From NCBI GenBank assembly GCA_020854145.1, contig JADZFZ010001118.1, positions 14,067 through 78,066 of the forward strand: a DNA stretch of 64,000 bases. The letters run 5' to 3'. Below are positions 1-8,580 of the stretch, in pieces. This DNA comes from Deltaproteobacteria bacterium. Lineage in GTDB: Bacteria > Myxococcota_A > Polyangia > Polyangiales > JADZFZ01. Below the pieces are notes generated by a model. That model was not told where the DNA came from and searched no databases. It saw only the letters and a list, made by a program, of their open reading frames with translations. Position 1 is the first letter of the stretch. Each line of letters begins with the position of its first letter. The position numbers and the translations under genes are program-made.

Positions 1-164
1 GCCACTCCGGCTGCGCGCGCGCGATCGTACGCCTCGACGAGAATTTCGTCGCGAAACTGCTCGCCCGAGAACGGTCCGTCGGTGCGATAACGCGCGCCCG
101 GGGTGCGCGTGAAATCCAGGACTCGAACTCGGACCGCGGAGGTGGAGATGTTCGGAGCAGCCAT
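1..164 (-). CDS. STAS-like (DUF4325-type) protein, first 54 codons only; gene runs off the left edge
   Basis: ATG at 164 lies 2 nt after the stop of 167..1306. Translation MAAPNISTSAVRVRVLDFTRTPGARYRTDGPFSGEQFRDEILVEAYDRARAAGV resembles the start of STAS-like partners of GHKL ATPases. Confidence 0.45.
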   Translation of the reverse strand, partial: MAAPNISTSAVRVRVLDFTRTPGARYRTDGPFSGEQFRDEILVEAYDRARAAGV

Positions 165-166
165 GT

Positions 167-1306
167 TCAATTCTCGCGCGGGTGCAGTTCCCAGTAGACC
201 AGCGTGCCGTGTAGGGGTTTCTTCAGCTTTCGATACACGCCGGGCTCGACGTCGGCGTGGGCGTCATTAGCAACAACCACGAGTCTCCGCACCTGCCCAC
301 TTCGGCAGGTCTTGACCATGCCTGGTAAGCCTCGGCCGCGGTATGGCAACTCGGTACGAGAAGGAATCTCACCCGTGAGCACCTCGCGCAGCAGGTCGGC
401 CGGCGTCGCGATCCCTAGTTTCAGCCACAACTTACGGGCCATTCGAATGTTGGCGCTCTTGAGGATGCCGACGCCGAAGTCCAGAAACGAAAACGCCGAG
501 ATGTTCGTCTCAGGATCGAAGTGCACCGCCACCCACCACGGTTGCCGGCCACCGAATTGCTCCGTCGCGTGGTTTCGGGTGTTCGCCATGCACTCCAGAA
601 GGCATCGGTACGACGGCTTGTGCTCGGGCCTGCTGATGCTCCGTGATGAGGCGAAGTTCACGAAGGTATCGACGAGCGTCGGGTCGGCGAGGCCTTCATC
701 GTTTCGGCGCCGACGAATTTGTCCGAGGTCGCCGCGCACGGGGGCGGGAGGAACCATCGGCGTCACATGCTCGAAGAAGCCCGATCGCACCAGCAGCGCT
801 CGAGCGGCCTCGGCGCGTGGTGACGTTCCTCGCACGATCAACTTCTTGCGCCGGAACATTTCCATCACCGCTGCGAGCATCGCGCACGTCTCGGGTGTGA
901 GCTGCTCCACGGGCCGCATGTCCAGCGCAACCCCCTGGCCGCGGCGCCGATAGTCCTCGAGCACCGCAAAGAAGGCTGTCGCCGGGTCGGGATCGTCTCG
1001 GAGCGACAGACGCGCCGGCGCTGTGATCGGGACCAGCGAGCTGGGAAGCACCGAGCGGGCGGGAGACGGCTCTTGACGTCGGAACCGCTTCCACATGCGA
1101 TGCCTCTGAGCTCGCAGGAACCGACGGTGGGCAGCGTTCGCGATGGCGCGCTGCCGCTTCGCTGATGGCCTGAAACGCTTCACGACGAGAAGGGGCCGGC
1201 AGTCTGGTCCGAGCCTGGCTCGACGTCCACGCCGCTCGACGACAGGCGTACGCGCTTCGCGTCGGCGGCGAGCCCCTCCCGAAGGAGGGAACGATTCTTC
1301 GGGCAA
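167..1306 (-). CDS. GHKL-type ATP-binding protein (histidine-kinase-like ATPase fold); start uncertain
   Basis: The C-terminal half has an N-box-like LLECMANTRNHA and a G1-box-like FSFLDFGVGIL. The first ~70 codons are Arg-rich, so the true start may be internal (ATG at 1096, MWKRF). Confidence 0.6.
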   Translation of the reverse strand: MPEESFPPSGGARRRREARTPVVERRGRRARLGPDCRPLLVVKRFRPSAKRQRAIANAAHRRFLRAQRHRMWKRFRRQEPSPARSVLPSSLVPITAPARLSLRDDPDPATAFFAVLEDYRRRGQGVALDMRPVEQLTPETCAMLAAVMEMFRRKKLIVRGTSPRAEAARALLVRSGFFEHVTPMVPPAPVRGDLGQIRRRRNDEGLADPTLVDTFVNFASSRSISRPEHKPSYRCLLECMANTRNHATEQFGGRQPWWVAVHFDPETNISAFSFLDFGVGILKSANIRMARKLWLKLGIATPADLLREVLTGEIPSRTELPYRGRGLPGMVKTCRSGQVRRLVVVANDAHADVEPGVYRKLKKPLHGTLVYWELHPREN

Positions 1307-1371
1307 TCCTGGCCTACCCGGGCCTTTCTGCGCTTCCCCGGTGCCGGGGTTCTCGGGCGCGATCCGAATTC

Positions 1372-1593
1372 TTAGGGCTTCGCGAGCTTCGCTCTGACCG
1401 CTGCGTCCTTCGCCTCGAGCAGCTTGCGGAGCGCGACGGTACGCTCGGGGTTGCGCGGCAGCGTCGCGAGGATGGTCGTCGCGAGCTCGGCGAACGGGCG
1501 TGAGACCTCCTGCAGCGCCGGCGGGAGGTGCGCGTAGGCGAAGAACTGCGCGATGTGCTCGAGTTGGTCGGTGGGCTTCGTGGTCTGGTCCAT
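1372..1593 (-). CDS. Small helical phage-type protein (73 aa), function unknown
   Basis: GAGGAG RBS 5 nt upstream of ATG 1593. Translation MDQTTKPTDQLEHIAQFFAYAHLPPALQ...LRKLLEAKDAAVRAKLAKP. The ORF track offers an alternative GTG start at 1614. Confidence 0.6.
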   Translation of the reverse strand: MDQTTKPTDQLEHIAQFFAYAHLPPALQEVSRPFAELATTILATLPRNPERTVALRKLLEAKDAAVRAKLAKP

Positions 1594-1827
1594 GGGTCTC
1601 CTCAGGTCGAGCACGAGCGTCGCGATGCGGGCGACCCGATGACGTGCGGTGATGCCGTTGCCAGCGGCGGCGTCGCGGCGCGCGGCGAAGGCCTCGGCCT
1701 CAATGGCTGCAGCAGCTCGTCGGCGGTCACGGCTTGACGTTGGGGTGCCCGAGCGCCGACCCTCGTCGTGCGCTGGGGGACGCTCGTGACGGGTGCCGGA
1801 GCGCGGAACCGCTTGGGGAGGACCAGG

Positions 1828-2193
1828 ATGCGAGCGCTCGGTAGGGCCTGGGTGTTGCTTTCGGTGACGACAGTGGGCGCGTGTTGTTGCCCGCCGCCGT
1901 CCGGCGCATCGTTGACGTCGCCGGGCGCATCGCTGCGATTCCAGGAAGGCGATCGACGTCCCGAGGGATCGAACGGCCAGTGGTGCTACGTGAACGTGAC
2001 CGCAACGGCCGGTGAGCCGATCACGCGCTTCACGCTGGTCAGCGCCTACGCTCAGGACACGGCGGGCACCGTGCTCGACACATCGACCGAGTCGATCACA
2101 TCACTCGGTGCAGGACAGTCGCAGGTGTTGGAGTTCCACTTCATGCGCACACCTTGCTCGCAGATCCAAACCGTGCGCGTCGAGAGCCGCTAG
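1828..2193 (+). CDS. Small secreted lipoprotein
   Basis: GGGGAGG RBS before ATG 1828. Signal peptide MRALGRAWVLLSVTTVGAC with lipobox VGAC; beta-rich mature part. The track ORF starts earlier (1768). Confidence 0.6.
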   Translation: MRALGRAWVLLSVTTVGACCCPPPSGASLTSPGASLRFQEGDRRPEGSNGQWCYVNVTATAGEPITRFTLVSAYAQDTAGTVLDTSTESITSLGAGQSQVLEFHFMRTPCSQIQTVRVESR

Positions 2194-2201
2194 CGCGGCA
2201 C

Positions 2202-2378
2202 CTACCCCGGCAGGCGTGCCATCAGCTCGCGAATCCGCCGGTACCTCGCGCGCGCCGTGGCCGCGTCGCCCTCTCGCAGATCCCTCCGCGACGCGAACGC
2301 CTCGGCCTCGATGCGCTCGAGAACGTCGATCTCGTCGAGCGGTCGCGTGGGCGCGCAGGTCGGAGGGTCGAGCCTCAC
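2202..2378 (-). CDS. Small hypothetical protein (58 aa)
   Basis: GTG start overlaps the stop of the upstream gene (GTGA). Protein-like C-terminus RPLDEIDVLERIEAEAFASRRDLREGDAATARARYRRIRELMARLPG. Confidence 0.4.
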   Translation of the reverse strand: MRLDPPTCAPTRPLDEIDVLERIEAEAFASRRDLREGDAATARARYRRIRELMARLPG

Positions 2379-2569
2379 GTGACCCTCACGCTCACGCGGA
2401 GGGCCGCGATGTCGAGCTCCTTGGAGATCTCCTTGTCGGGGTGCACGACGCTCTCCGCAAGCGCGCTCGTAATCAGCTCGCGCACAGCGACGAGCCCGGC
2501 TGGGTCCCCCGCAAGCTCGAGGCGCTCGGGCTGCCACGGGTGCGAGCGGCGGCGGGCGACGAGCTTCAC
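2375..2569 (-). CDS. Small hypothetical protein (64 aa)
   Basis: GTGA start/stop overlap with 2566..3387. Translation VKLVARRRSHPWQPERLELAGDPAGLVAVRELITSALAESVVHPDKEISKELDIAALRVSVRVT. Confidence 0.4.
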   Translation of the reverse strand: MKLVARRRSHPWQPERLELAGDPAGLVAVRELITSALAESVVHPDKEISKELDIAALRVSVRVT

Positions 2570-3387
2570 GCGGCGAGCTCCGGGTGTGCCTCGAGCTCCG
2601 CGTGGATCTCCTCGTCGGTGAGCGTGACCATGCGATGGCGCGGAGCGGCCGGGCCCTCGACGGTCAGGTACCGCTGCCACCGACGCCGGCGCGGCGACGA
2701 GGGCGCGACGACGTAGTAGCCGCCGGTCCCGGCGAGCCGATCGCCGCCGCCGACCATCGCGCGGAGCAGCCAGTTCCGTGTCGCGTGACCTCGCGTCGAA
2801 TGCGCGAGGATACGGATCCAGACGAGCCCGCGCGCGACGAGCATGTCGCGGAGCACGTCAGCGATGCCGCCGTCGCCACCCGGAGCGTCGTTTCGCCAGC
2901 CGTCCTTCGCCCGCGGGCCACCGGTCCAGCACGCAGCCAGAAAGACGCAGGCATGTGGCGACAGAATGCGGGCCAGCTCATCGGCGAGCTCGTCGAGGGT
3001 CTCGAGGTCATGCCCGGTCTGCAGCCACCGTACGCCACCGTGCATGCACAGTTCGAGGGCGTCGACGGGCCCGTTCTGGGCGCGGAGCCACTCGATCACC
3101 GTTGCGCGCCGGCGAGGCTTGGGCAGGTTCTGGTCGAAGAGGAAGAGCTCGGAAGGCGGCTGCCGCAGCCAGGCGCCGAGCGGTGGGCCGTCGGCCCACC
3201 CGCCGCGCGACCACACGTACCGATCGCCCTGCTGCACGAGCCGGCGAGCGTTCGGACGAGCGCCGGGAACCCACACGCGACGGCCGATGCCCTCGACCCC
3301 GAACGTCGCAAGGAAGTCGCGCGCCTCCGGCCGGAAGACGTGCAGGCCGTTGCCTCCCTGTGGCGCGATCGCGAGGACGCGCGTCAC
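2566..3387 (-). CDS. Hypothetical 273-aa protein with His-Gly / Ala-Cys dyad (possible cysteine-peptidase-like fold)
   Basis: GTGA overlap with the upstream small gene. Motifs ELCMHGG and VFLAACWTGG. The Arg-rich N-terminal extension of the 347-aa track ORF is excluded. Confidence 0.55.
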   Translation of the reverse strand: MTRVLAIAPQGGNGLHVFRPEARDFLATFGVEGIGRRVWVPGARPNARRLVQQGDRYVWSRGGWADGPPLGAWLRQPPSELFLFDQNLPKPRRRATVIEWLRAQNGPVDALELCMHGGVRWLQTGHDLETLDELADELARILSPHACVFLAACWTGGPRAKDGWRNDAPGGDGGIADVLRDMLVARGLVWIRILAHSTRGHATRNWLLRAMVGGGDRLAGTGGYYVVAPSSPRRRRWQRYLTVEGPAAPRHRMVTLTDEEIHAELEAHPELAA

Positions 3388-3596
3388 GTGCCGCCTCCGA
3401 CCCGACGCCGGGCGCGATCCTCCTCGAGCTCGGTCTCGGTTGGCTCGGCGACGCTCTTCGTCACCTCCGCGGCGAGCTCGCGGAACGCGGTCGACTTCGC
3501 CGCCTTCGACGCGAGCAGTGCCGGCGCGATGATCTTCGCCGCCTCGATGACGGCGAGAGCGCCGTCGATGAGCAGCTCCATGACCTTGGGGTTCAC
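3384..3596 (-). CDS. Small hypothetical protein (70 aa; alternative ATG at 3581)
   Basis: GTGA overlap with the lipoprotein gene stop. Helical translation VNPKVMELLIDGALAVIEAAKIIAPALLASKAAKSTAFRELAAEV... Confidence 0.4.
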   Translation of the reverse strand: MNPKVMELLIDGALAVIEAAKIIAPALLASKAAKSTAFRELAAEVTKSVAEPTETELEEDRARRRVGGGT

Positions 3597-4270
3597 GACG
3601 CACCTCCATCGGCCCAGGGGTCGCGCGCGCCGGCGTCGGTGCCGGCGTCGCGCGTCGGGGTCGGGGCCGGCGTCTCGCCTCGAGGCGGGCCCGTGGCGAC
3701 GTCGTCGACGCCGGGGCACTCCCCGAGAGCGAACGCCCGGGCGGTGCCGCCGTAGGGCACGAGCGCGGTCAACGCTTGCTCGGCGACGACGGGCAACTCG
3801 AGCTCGAGCTCGCGGAAGGCCTGCGCGAGGACCTGCAGGGCGGTCGCGGCGCATGACAGCCGCTCGCGTAGGTCTCGCGGCGCGTCGCCTTCCTCGGCCG
3901 CCCAGAGGGCGAGCACCGCGGCGGCCGCGGTGTCCCTCGTCACGCGGACGGCGCGAGCGAGCGAGATGTACCGCGTGTGCCCGGCGTCGAGCGGGATCAG
4001 CCGGGTCAGGCGCTCGAGGCGCACGCGACACTCGGCGAGCTGCTGCGACGTGTACGGAGCGCCCGAGGTCGGGCAGATCGTCTCGTACTGCGTGTGCGCG
4101 ACGTCGTCCGCGATCTCCGCAGCCGACCACGTGAGGCGAGCGGCCGCGTAGCGCGTCGAGGTGTCGCAGCCCGAGATCGCCGTCACGACGATCGCCGCGA
4201 GCACGATGGCGCCCACGGTCCAGAGGGCGGCCTCGAGCACGACGGGGAGCCACCATGCTCGGCGCATCAC
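3593..4270 (-). CDS. Lipoprotein (225 aa), possible spanin-like lysis accessory
   Basis: N-terminus MMRRAWWLPVVLEAALWTVGAIVLAAIVVTAISGC (signal/TM plus lipobox ISGC). Start overlaps the holin stop. Confidence 0.6.
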   Translation of the reverse strand: MMRRAWWLPVVLEAALWTVGAIVLAAIVVTAISGCDTSTRYAAARLTWSAAEIADDVAHTQYETICPTSGAPYTSQQLAECRVRLERLTRLIPLDAGHTRYISLARAVRVTRDTAAAAVLALWAAEEGDAPRDLRERLSCAATALQVLAQAFRELELELPVVAEQALTALVPYGGTARAFALGECPGVDDVATGPPRGETPAPTPTRDAGTDAGARDPWADGGAS

Positions 4271-4695
4271 GACTCACCTCCGGTCGGCACCGGCGTCGTT
4301 CGCTCGCTCGCCCCGTTGCTCGTCGGGCTCGGTCGCAGCGCGTTCTCGTGGCCGAGCCTCGACTCGATGAGCCGCACGAGCTCGTCGCGCCCGAGCTCCG
4401 GCAGCCGCCGCCGGCGGATCTCGGCCTGCGCGTACTCGAGCGACGCCTCGAGCAACGCGTTGCCCACCGGCCGCGGCCGAGCCTCGCGGACCGCCTTCCG
4501 CCCGAGTTGCTCCGCATACGCCACTGCATCCTGCGCGACGCCGTCGAGGGCGCGCTCGGTGCGTTCCGGGATGTCGATGCGCAACCGGCGCTCCAGGTAC
4601 CGCACGGCCAGCGCGAGCAGCGCGGTGAGAGCACCGCCCGCGATCGTCACGAGCGACGGGATCACCCATTCGGACACGATGTCGTTCCAGGTCAC
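4267..4695 (-). CDS. Phage holin, LL-H-like family
   Basis: N-terminal TM (WVIPSLVTIAGGALTALLALAV) followed by the AVAYAEQLGRK...LIESRL pattern typical of LL-H-type holins. Confidence 0.7.
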   Translation of the reverse strand: MTWNDIVSEWVIPSLVTIAGGALTALLALAVRYLERRLRIDIPERTERALDGVAQDAVAYAEQLGRKAVREARPRPVGNALLEASLEYAQAEIRRRRLPELGRDELVRLIESRLGHENALRPSPTSNGASERTTPVPTGGES

Positions 4696-4697
4696 GG

Positions 4698-5111
4698 TTA
4701 CCTCTCTCGTCGGTTCTGGCGCTCCTCGAGCTGCCGAAGCCGGGTCTGCATGTCGGTCAGGACCTCGCGCGTGCGGCGCGCTTCGGCGCGCAGCTCCGTG
4801 AGGCCATCGCGGATCTCCACCACGAGCTGATCGCTGCCGGTGTGGCGCGGCGCCGCCGCGTGCTCGTGGTACTCACGCGCCGTCGTGGCGGTTGCGCTCT
4901 CGGTGCGGATCGTCGTCACCGTGAGCCACGCGGCCCACGCGATGACCGCTGCGATGCTCGCGCCGGCGATCCACCGCAGGACCGCCAGGCTCGACGCCAT
5001 ACGCGCGATGTCACGCTGCACGCCGCCGAGCTCCTCTCGGATGCGCGCGACGTCGTCTGGCGAGGGCGCGATTGGGCAGGCGGCCGCGTGACGGCCGGTG
5101 TCGTCGGACAT
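4698..5111 (-). CDS. Membrane protein with flanking coiled coils (XhlA-like topology), lysis-associated
   Basis: GAGGTG RBS before ATG 5111 (MSDDTGRH). Central TM (VLRWIAGASIAAVIAWAAWLTV). The track start at 5150 is a GTG inside the palindrome. Confidence 0.55.
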   Translation of the reverse strand: MSDDTGRHAAACPIAPSPDDVARIREELGGVQRDIARMASSLAVLRWIAGASIAAVIAWAAWLTVTTIRTESATATTAREYHEHAAAPRHTGSDQLVVEIRDGLTELRAEARRTREVLTDMQTRLRQLEERQNRRER

Positions 5112-5133
5112 CGAATCACCTCGCGCGGTAGGT

Positions 5134-5151
5134 CGTGCAGACGTCTGCACG
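5134..5151. repeat. Palindrome copy 1: CGTGCAGACGTCTGCACG (intergenic, fibre / lysis-side junction)
   Basis: Perfect 18-bp palindrome, 22 nt upstream of ATG 5111. Confidence 0.95.
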
Positions 5152-5162
5152 CGTGGCAGGCG

Positions 5163-7109
5163 TCAGGCGGGCGCTACCCAGGTCGCGCCGTTGATGGTGC
5201 CGGTGTTCGCCGGGCTCGCGGCCCAGCCCGAGATCGTGGCGGCGTCGTCGGCGATGCTCGTGCCCGTGCCCTCGTCGAGCTTCCAGAGCGACGTCAGTCC
5301 GCGGATGACGCGACGACGTTGGTAGTTCTGCGCGGCCTCCGAAGCCGTGAGCGAGAACGCGTACCAGGCGATCTCGTTCAGGTCGCCATTCCAGTAACCG
5401 CTGGGCCCCGCCCATCGGCCGAGCTCGACGGCTTGCGCGACGTCCGGGAGCGTCGCCGGGATCGTGCCGGTGAACGCGAGCACCTGCGCGACGCCGTCGA
5501 CGTACACCTGCAGCTTGTCGGCGTCCGTCGCGCCGCCGCCCTGGTAGACGACGCAGAGGTGGTGCCAGACGCCCGTCGAGGGCGCCGTGCATTCCCCGTA
5601 GATCGTCGTCGTCGAGAGGCGAACCTGCAGAACGGGGCCCGTGTCCATGCAGACCACGAACGCGCTCGCGGGGTCGGGCCCGTGCGACGCAATGCAGCGG
5701 AAACCCGAGCTCGCGTCCTGCTTGAACCAACAGTCGAAGGAGAATGCGACCGCGTTGCTCAGCGACGACGCATCGGGAATCGAGACGTAATCGTCGGTGC
5801 CGTCGAATGAGAGGCACCAATCGCCGAACCCGTAGAGATCTGGGAGGCGCGATTGTCCGACCGGCTCGGTCGCCTCGACGAAGCCGGTCACGTAGCGCGT
5901 GCCACCGGCGTCGTTCCGCACGTACAGAGCTCCGTCGCTCGAGTCGGCGAAGAGAGCGACCTTCTTCGCGGCGTCGAGGAAGACGGCGTGATTCGGGGCC
6001 GCGACGACGTAGCCGGTCGGCGCGCCACCCGAGAATGTCATCGACGCAACCCGCGGCGCGCGAAGCCCGGGCCCGGTGAATCCCGCCGCATCCCAGCTCG
6101 AGGCGCCGTTGTGATTCATGTCGCCCGCCTCGCCCGGACGAATCTCCGACGTGTGCACGCGTCCCATGCCGGAGAGGAATCGCTGACGCCAATCGATTGA
6201 CGAATCGACCAGGCGCTCGACGCCATTCGCGAGCGTCGCGCCGAAGAATCGCTTGTGACTGCCGACGAGGGCCTGCCGTTGCTCGCGAGCGACGAACGCT
6301 CCGAGCGTCGCGCTCCAATCGTTCGTGCGGCGCGTGCCGGTCGCGGGAATCGCCGGGCCCACGAGACCACGATCCGGACGCGCCTGCGGGCCGAGCGGAA
6401 TGCAATCGCTGTCGAGCCACGAACCCGCGACGACCGCATTGCCGCCGCGGAGCTGCACGAGCATCGCGGGATCCTGCAGCAGGTTCAGGTCGGCGGGCGC
6501 GATGGTCTGCCCGTCGCTCGCGAGGAGCGCGGGCACGGCCGACGGTGCCGTGTAGCGGATGCCCAGCCGCTCGCTCGCCCAGATCACGAGACCGATCGTC
6601 ATCCGCTCGTGGCCGGCGGTCGGCGCGACCTCGAGCGCAAGCGCACCCTCTTTCGCATCCGGCGCCGCAGTGCCCACCGCGAAGAGGTGCACGCCCGTCG
6701 CGAGTCGAATGTGTTGCGCCGCGACCGACTGTCCGATGTTCACGCCGTCGCGCGTGTAGCCGACGAACCAACCGAGCGACTCGAAGTCCGCGTCGTTCGG
6801 GTGACCGGGCCATGCCGCCGGTCCGGTCGCGAGCACCGGATGATGGAAGGCCGCGACGACGAGCAGCCGATCGCGCCACTCGGTCGACGCGTCGAGGATG
6901 CACGTATCGGCCGACGCACCCGGACGCGTCATGACGCGCGTGAGGCCGAAGCGTCGGAGCCCCCCGATTCCCGCGTACGACGCCCACGCATCGACGCCCG
7001 CGCCCGCCGCTTTGCGGAGCGATGCCCGATCGCGGAGCGACGTCGCGAACGACGCCGAGAGCTGCGTCAGCGGGCCAGCCTCGGGAAACTGATAGAGGTA
7101 GCCGGGCAC
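5163..7109 (-). CDS. Tail fibre / receptor-binding protein with C-terminal LamG (concanavalin-like lectin) domain
   Basis: 648 aa. The C-terminal ~200 aa (DWCLSFDGTDDYVSIPD...WHHLCVVYQGG...LQVYVDG...GDLNEIAWYAFSLTASEA) match the LamG/Laminin_G_3 pattern. Confidence 0.8.
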   Translation of the reverse strand: MPGYLYQFPEAGPLTQLSASFATSLRDRASLRKAAGAGVDAWASYAGIGGLRRFGLTRVMTRPGASADTCILDASTEWRDRLLVVAAFHHPVLATGPAAWPGHPNDADFESLGWFVGYTRDGVNIGQSVAAQHIRLATGVHLFAVGTAAPDAKEGALALEVAPTAGHERMTIGLVIWASERLGIRYTAPSAVPALLASDGQTIAPADLNLLQDPAMLVQLRGGNAVVAGSWLDSDCIPLGPQARPDRGLVGPAIPATGTRRTNDWSATLGAFVAREQRQALVGSHKRFFGATLANGVERLVDSSIDWRQRFLSGMGRVHTSEIRPGEAGDMNHNGASSWDAAGFTGPGLRAPRVASMTFSGGAPTGYVVAAPNHAVFLDAAKKVALFADSSDGALYVRNDAGGTRYVTGFVEATEPVGQSRLPDLYGFGDWCLSFDGTDDYVSIPDASSLSNAVAFSFDCWFKQDASSGFRCIASHGPDPASAFVVCMDTGPVLQVRLSTTTIYGECTAPSTGVWHHLCVVYQGGGATDADKLQVYVDGVAQVLAFTGTIPATLPDVAQAVELGRWAGPSGYWNGDLNEIAWYAFSLTASEAAQNYQRRRVIRGLTSLWKLDEGTGTSIADDAATISGWAASPANTGTINGATWVAPA

Positions 7110-7112
7110 GTC

Positions 7113-8288
7113 TCACCGCTTCCCGAGGTCGGTCGAGCCGAGGAGCATTCCCGCCACGCGACGCGTGCCGCCGGTCGTGTTGATCACGCGGACGCCGTAC
7201 GGTGCTCCGCTGTTGACCTGAGCGACGAGATTCGCCTCGAGCACGAGCTCGTACGACGCGCCACCCGTGCCGGTGTACCAGAGAGCGCGGGTCTGGGCGG
7301 CCACGGCCGCATCGTTGAACGAGGTGTCGGCGGCCTGGCCCGGGCGGATGTCGGTGTCGTCGACGGCGAGCGCCACCACGACGAGCCGGTCTCGCCAATC
7401 GACCGAGGAATCGACCTCGGCGGTCGCGCCGTTCGCCACCGAGAGCGCGAAGGCGACCTCGTCCATTCCGACCATGCCGCCGAACGTGGTGACGTCCGCG
7501 TGTACGCCGTTGACGCTGCACGCGAGCAGTCGAGCCTGGATCTCGTTCAGGTCGCGCGAGCGGAGCTTCGAGAGGTTCCCGAAGTCGACCAAGCGCGCCG
7601 GCGGATGCGTCGGCGCCGTCACCGCGCTCGCACCACCGCGAGACGCTCGAAGCGCGTCGCGGTCGAGTAGGTGTGTCGCCTCTGCCCAGATCGCTCCGAC
7701 GGTGCCGACGACCGGATCCTCGACGCCCGACGCTACCGCGGGCTGCCCGTAGCGCGCGGGGAGCATCCGCCGCGCGAGCTGCCCGATTGCGCGCCGGACG
7801 TAGGGCGATCCGTAGTCCGCGAGCGAGAGCTGCAGCGCGACGAGGAAGATCGCGGCATCGGCCGTCTTCTCGTCGGCGACGACCGTTCGAAGCACGCTCG
7901 TCGCCTCGGCCGTGACGTCGGTCAGCAGGCGGATGCTCGCCTCGACGTGGGCCTCATCGGCGCCGGCGTTCGCACGCTCGAGCGCCGCGAGCCGGAGTTG
8001 CCTCTCTTGGTCGTCGCGTGCCGCGTCGTTCGGGAGGTAGACCTCACGCTCGAGCTCGTCGAGCATGTCGGTCGCCAGCGAAACGAACCCCTGTTGCCCG
8101 GCGCGTTCGATCATCGCGCCGCCCGTCGCGAGCGCGGTCGCGTACGCCTCGAGCTCGCGCGACCAATTCGAGTCGTCGTCGGTCGGATAGCCGCCCTCGC
8201 CGTGGAGTCGGCGCAAGAGCGCGTGCACACGCTCGACGGTCGAGCCGGCCCCGAACGGGTTGAGGCCGAGCGGCGAGGGCAGGGTCAC
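7113..8288 (-). CDS. Baseplate/tail protein, Mu gp48 (DUF2313/YmfQ)-like N-terminus with extra C-terminal domain
   Basis: The N-terminal 100 aa follow the DUF2313 pattern (NWSRELEAYATALA...ATDMLDELEREVYLP...ERQLRLAA). The C-terminus shares the VDSSVDWRDR...DIRPGQAAD module with 5163..7109. Confidence 0.7.
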   Translation of the reverse strand: MTLPSPLGLNPFGAGSTVERVHALLRRLHGEGGYPTDDDSNWSRELEAYATALATGGAMIERAGQQGFVSLATDMLDELEREVYLPNDAARDDQERQLRLAALERANAGADEAHVEASIRLLTDVTAEATSVLRTVVADEKTADAAIFLVALQLSLADYGSPYVRRAIGQLARRMLPARYGQPAVASGVEDPVVGTVGAIWAEATHLLDRDALRASRGGASAVTAPTHPPARLVDFGNLSKLRSRDLNEIQARLLACSVNGVHADVTTFGGMVGMDEVAFALSVANGATAEVDSSVDWRDRLVVVALAVDDTDIRPGQAADTSFNDAAVAAQTRALWYTGTGGASYELVLEANLVAQVNSGAPYGVRVINTTGGTRRVAGMLLGSTDLGKR

Positions 8289-8298
8289 GGGCTACGCC

Positions 8299-8580
8299 TC
8301 ACGCAGTCGCCGCGTCGCGCTCGACAACGTCGCGGGCGAGCTCGTCGGCGGCGGCCGACTCGACGAGGGCGCGGCGGCGCTCGAGGGCGGCCTCGACGAG
8401 CCGCTGGCGCGTCGCGGTGAGGGCCTGCCCCAGATCGACGACGGCGCGTTGCGCGATTGCCGCCGCAAGCTGCGCCTCGCGGGCCCGCGTCTCGGCTAGC
8501 GCGAGCTCGAGCTGCTCTTCTCGGGTCAGCTCCGACTGTTGGATCTCGATGGGGCCCGCGGCCCCGGTCGTCGGTGTCAT
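8299..8580 (-). CDS. Small coiled-coil protein (93 aa), fibre-associated
   Basis: ATG 8580 overlaps the upstream stop. Translation MTPTTGAAGPIEIQQSELTREEQLELALAETRAREAQLAAAIAQRAV... Confidence 0.45.
   Translation of the reverse strand: MTPTTGAAGPIEIQQSELTREEQLELALAETRAREAQLAAAIAQRAVVDLGQALTATRQRLVEAALERRRALVESAAADELARDVVERDAATA

Noticed and set aside
2584-4634. 516-aa plus-strand ORF (2584..4134) and 416-aa minus-strand ORF (3384..4634)
   Set aside because: These are Arg-rich shadow frames typical of high-G+C DNA. The same DNA encodes shorter, protein-like, translationally coupled genes: the lipoprotein, the holin and the 273-aa protein. Only the last 70 codons of 3384..4634 were kept.
5116-7521. 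801-aa ORF on the minus strand spanning two fibre/baseplate genes
   Set aside because: The translation is almost pure Arg/Gly/Ala/Pro with no domain-like segments. It is an out-of-frame shadow of 5163..7109 and 7113..8288, which have clear LamG and DUF2313-like sequence.
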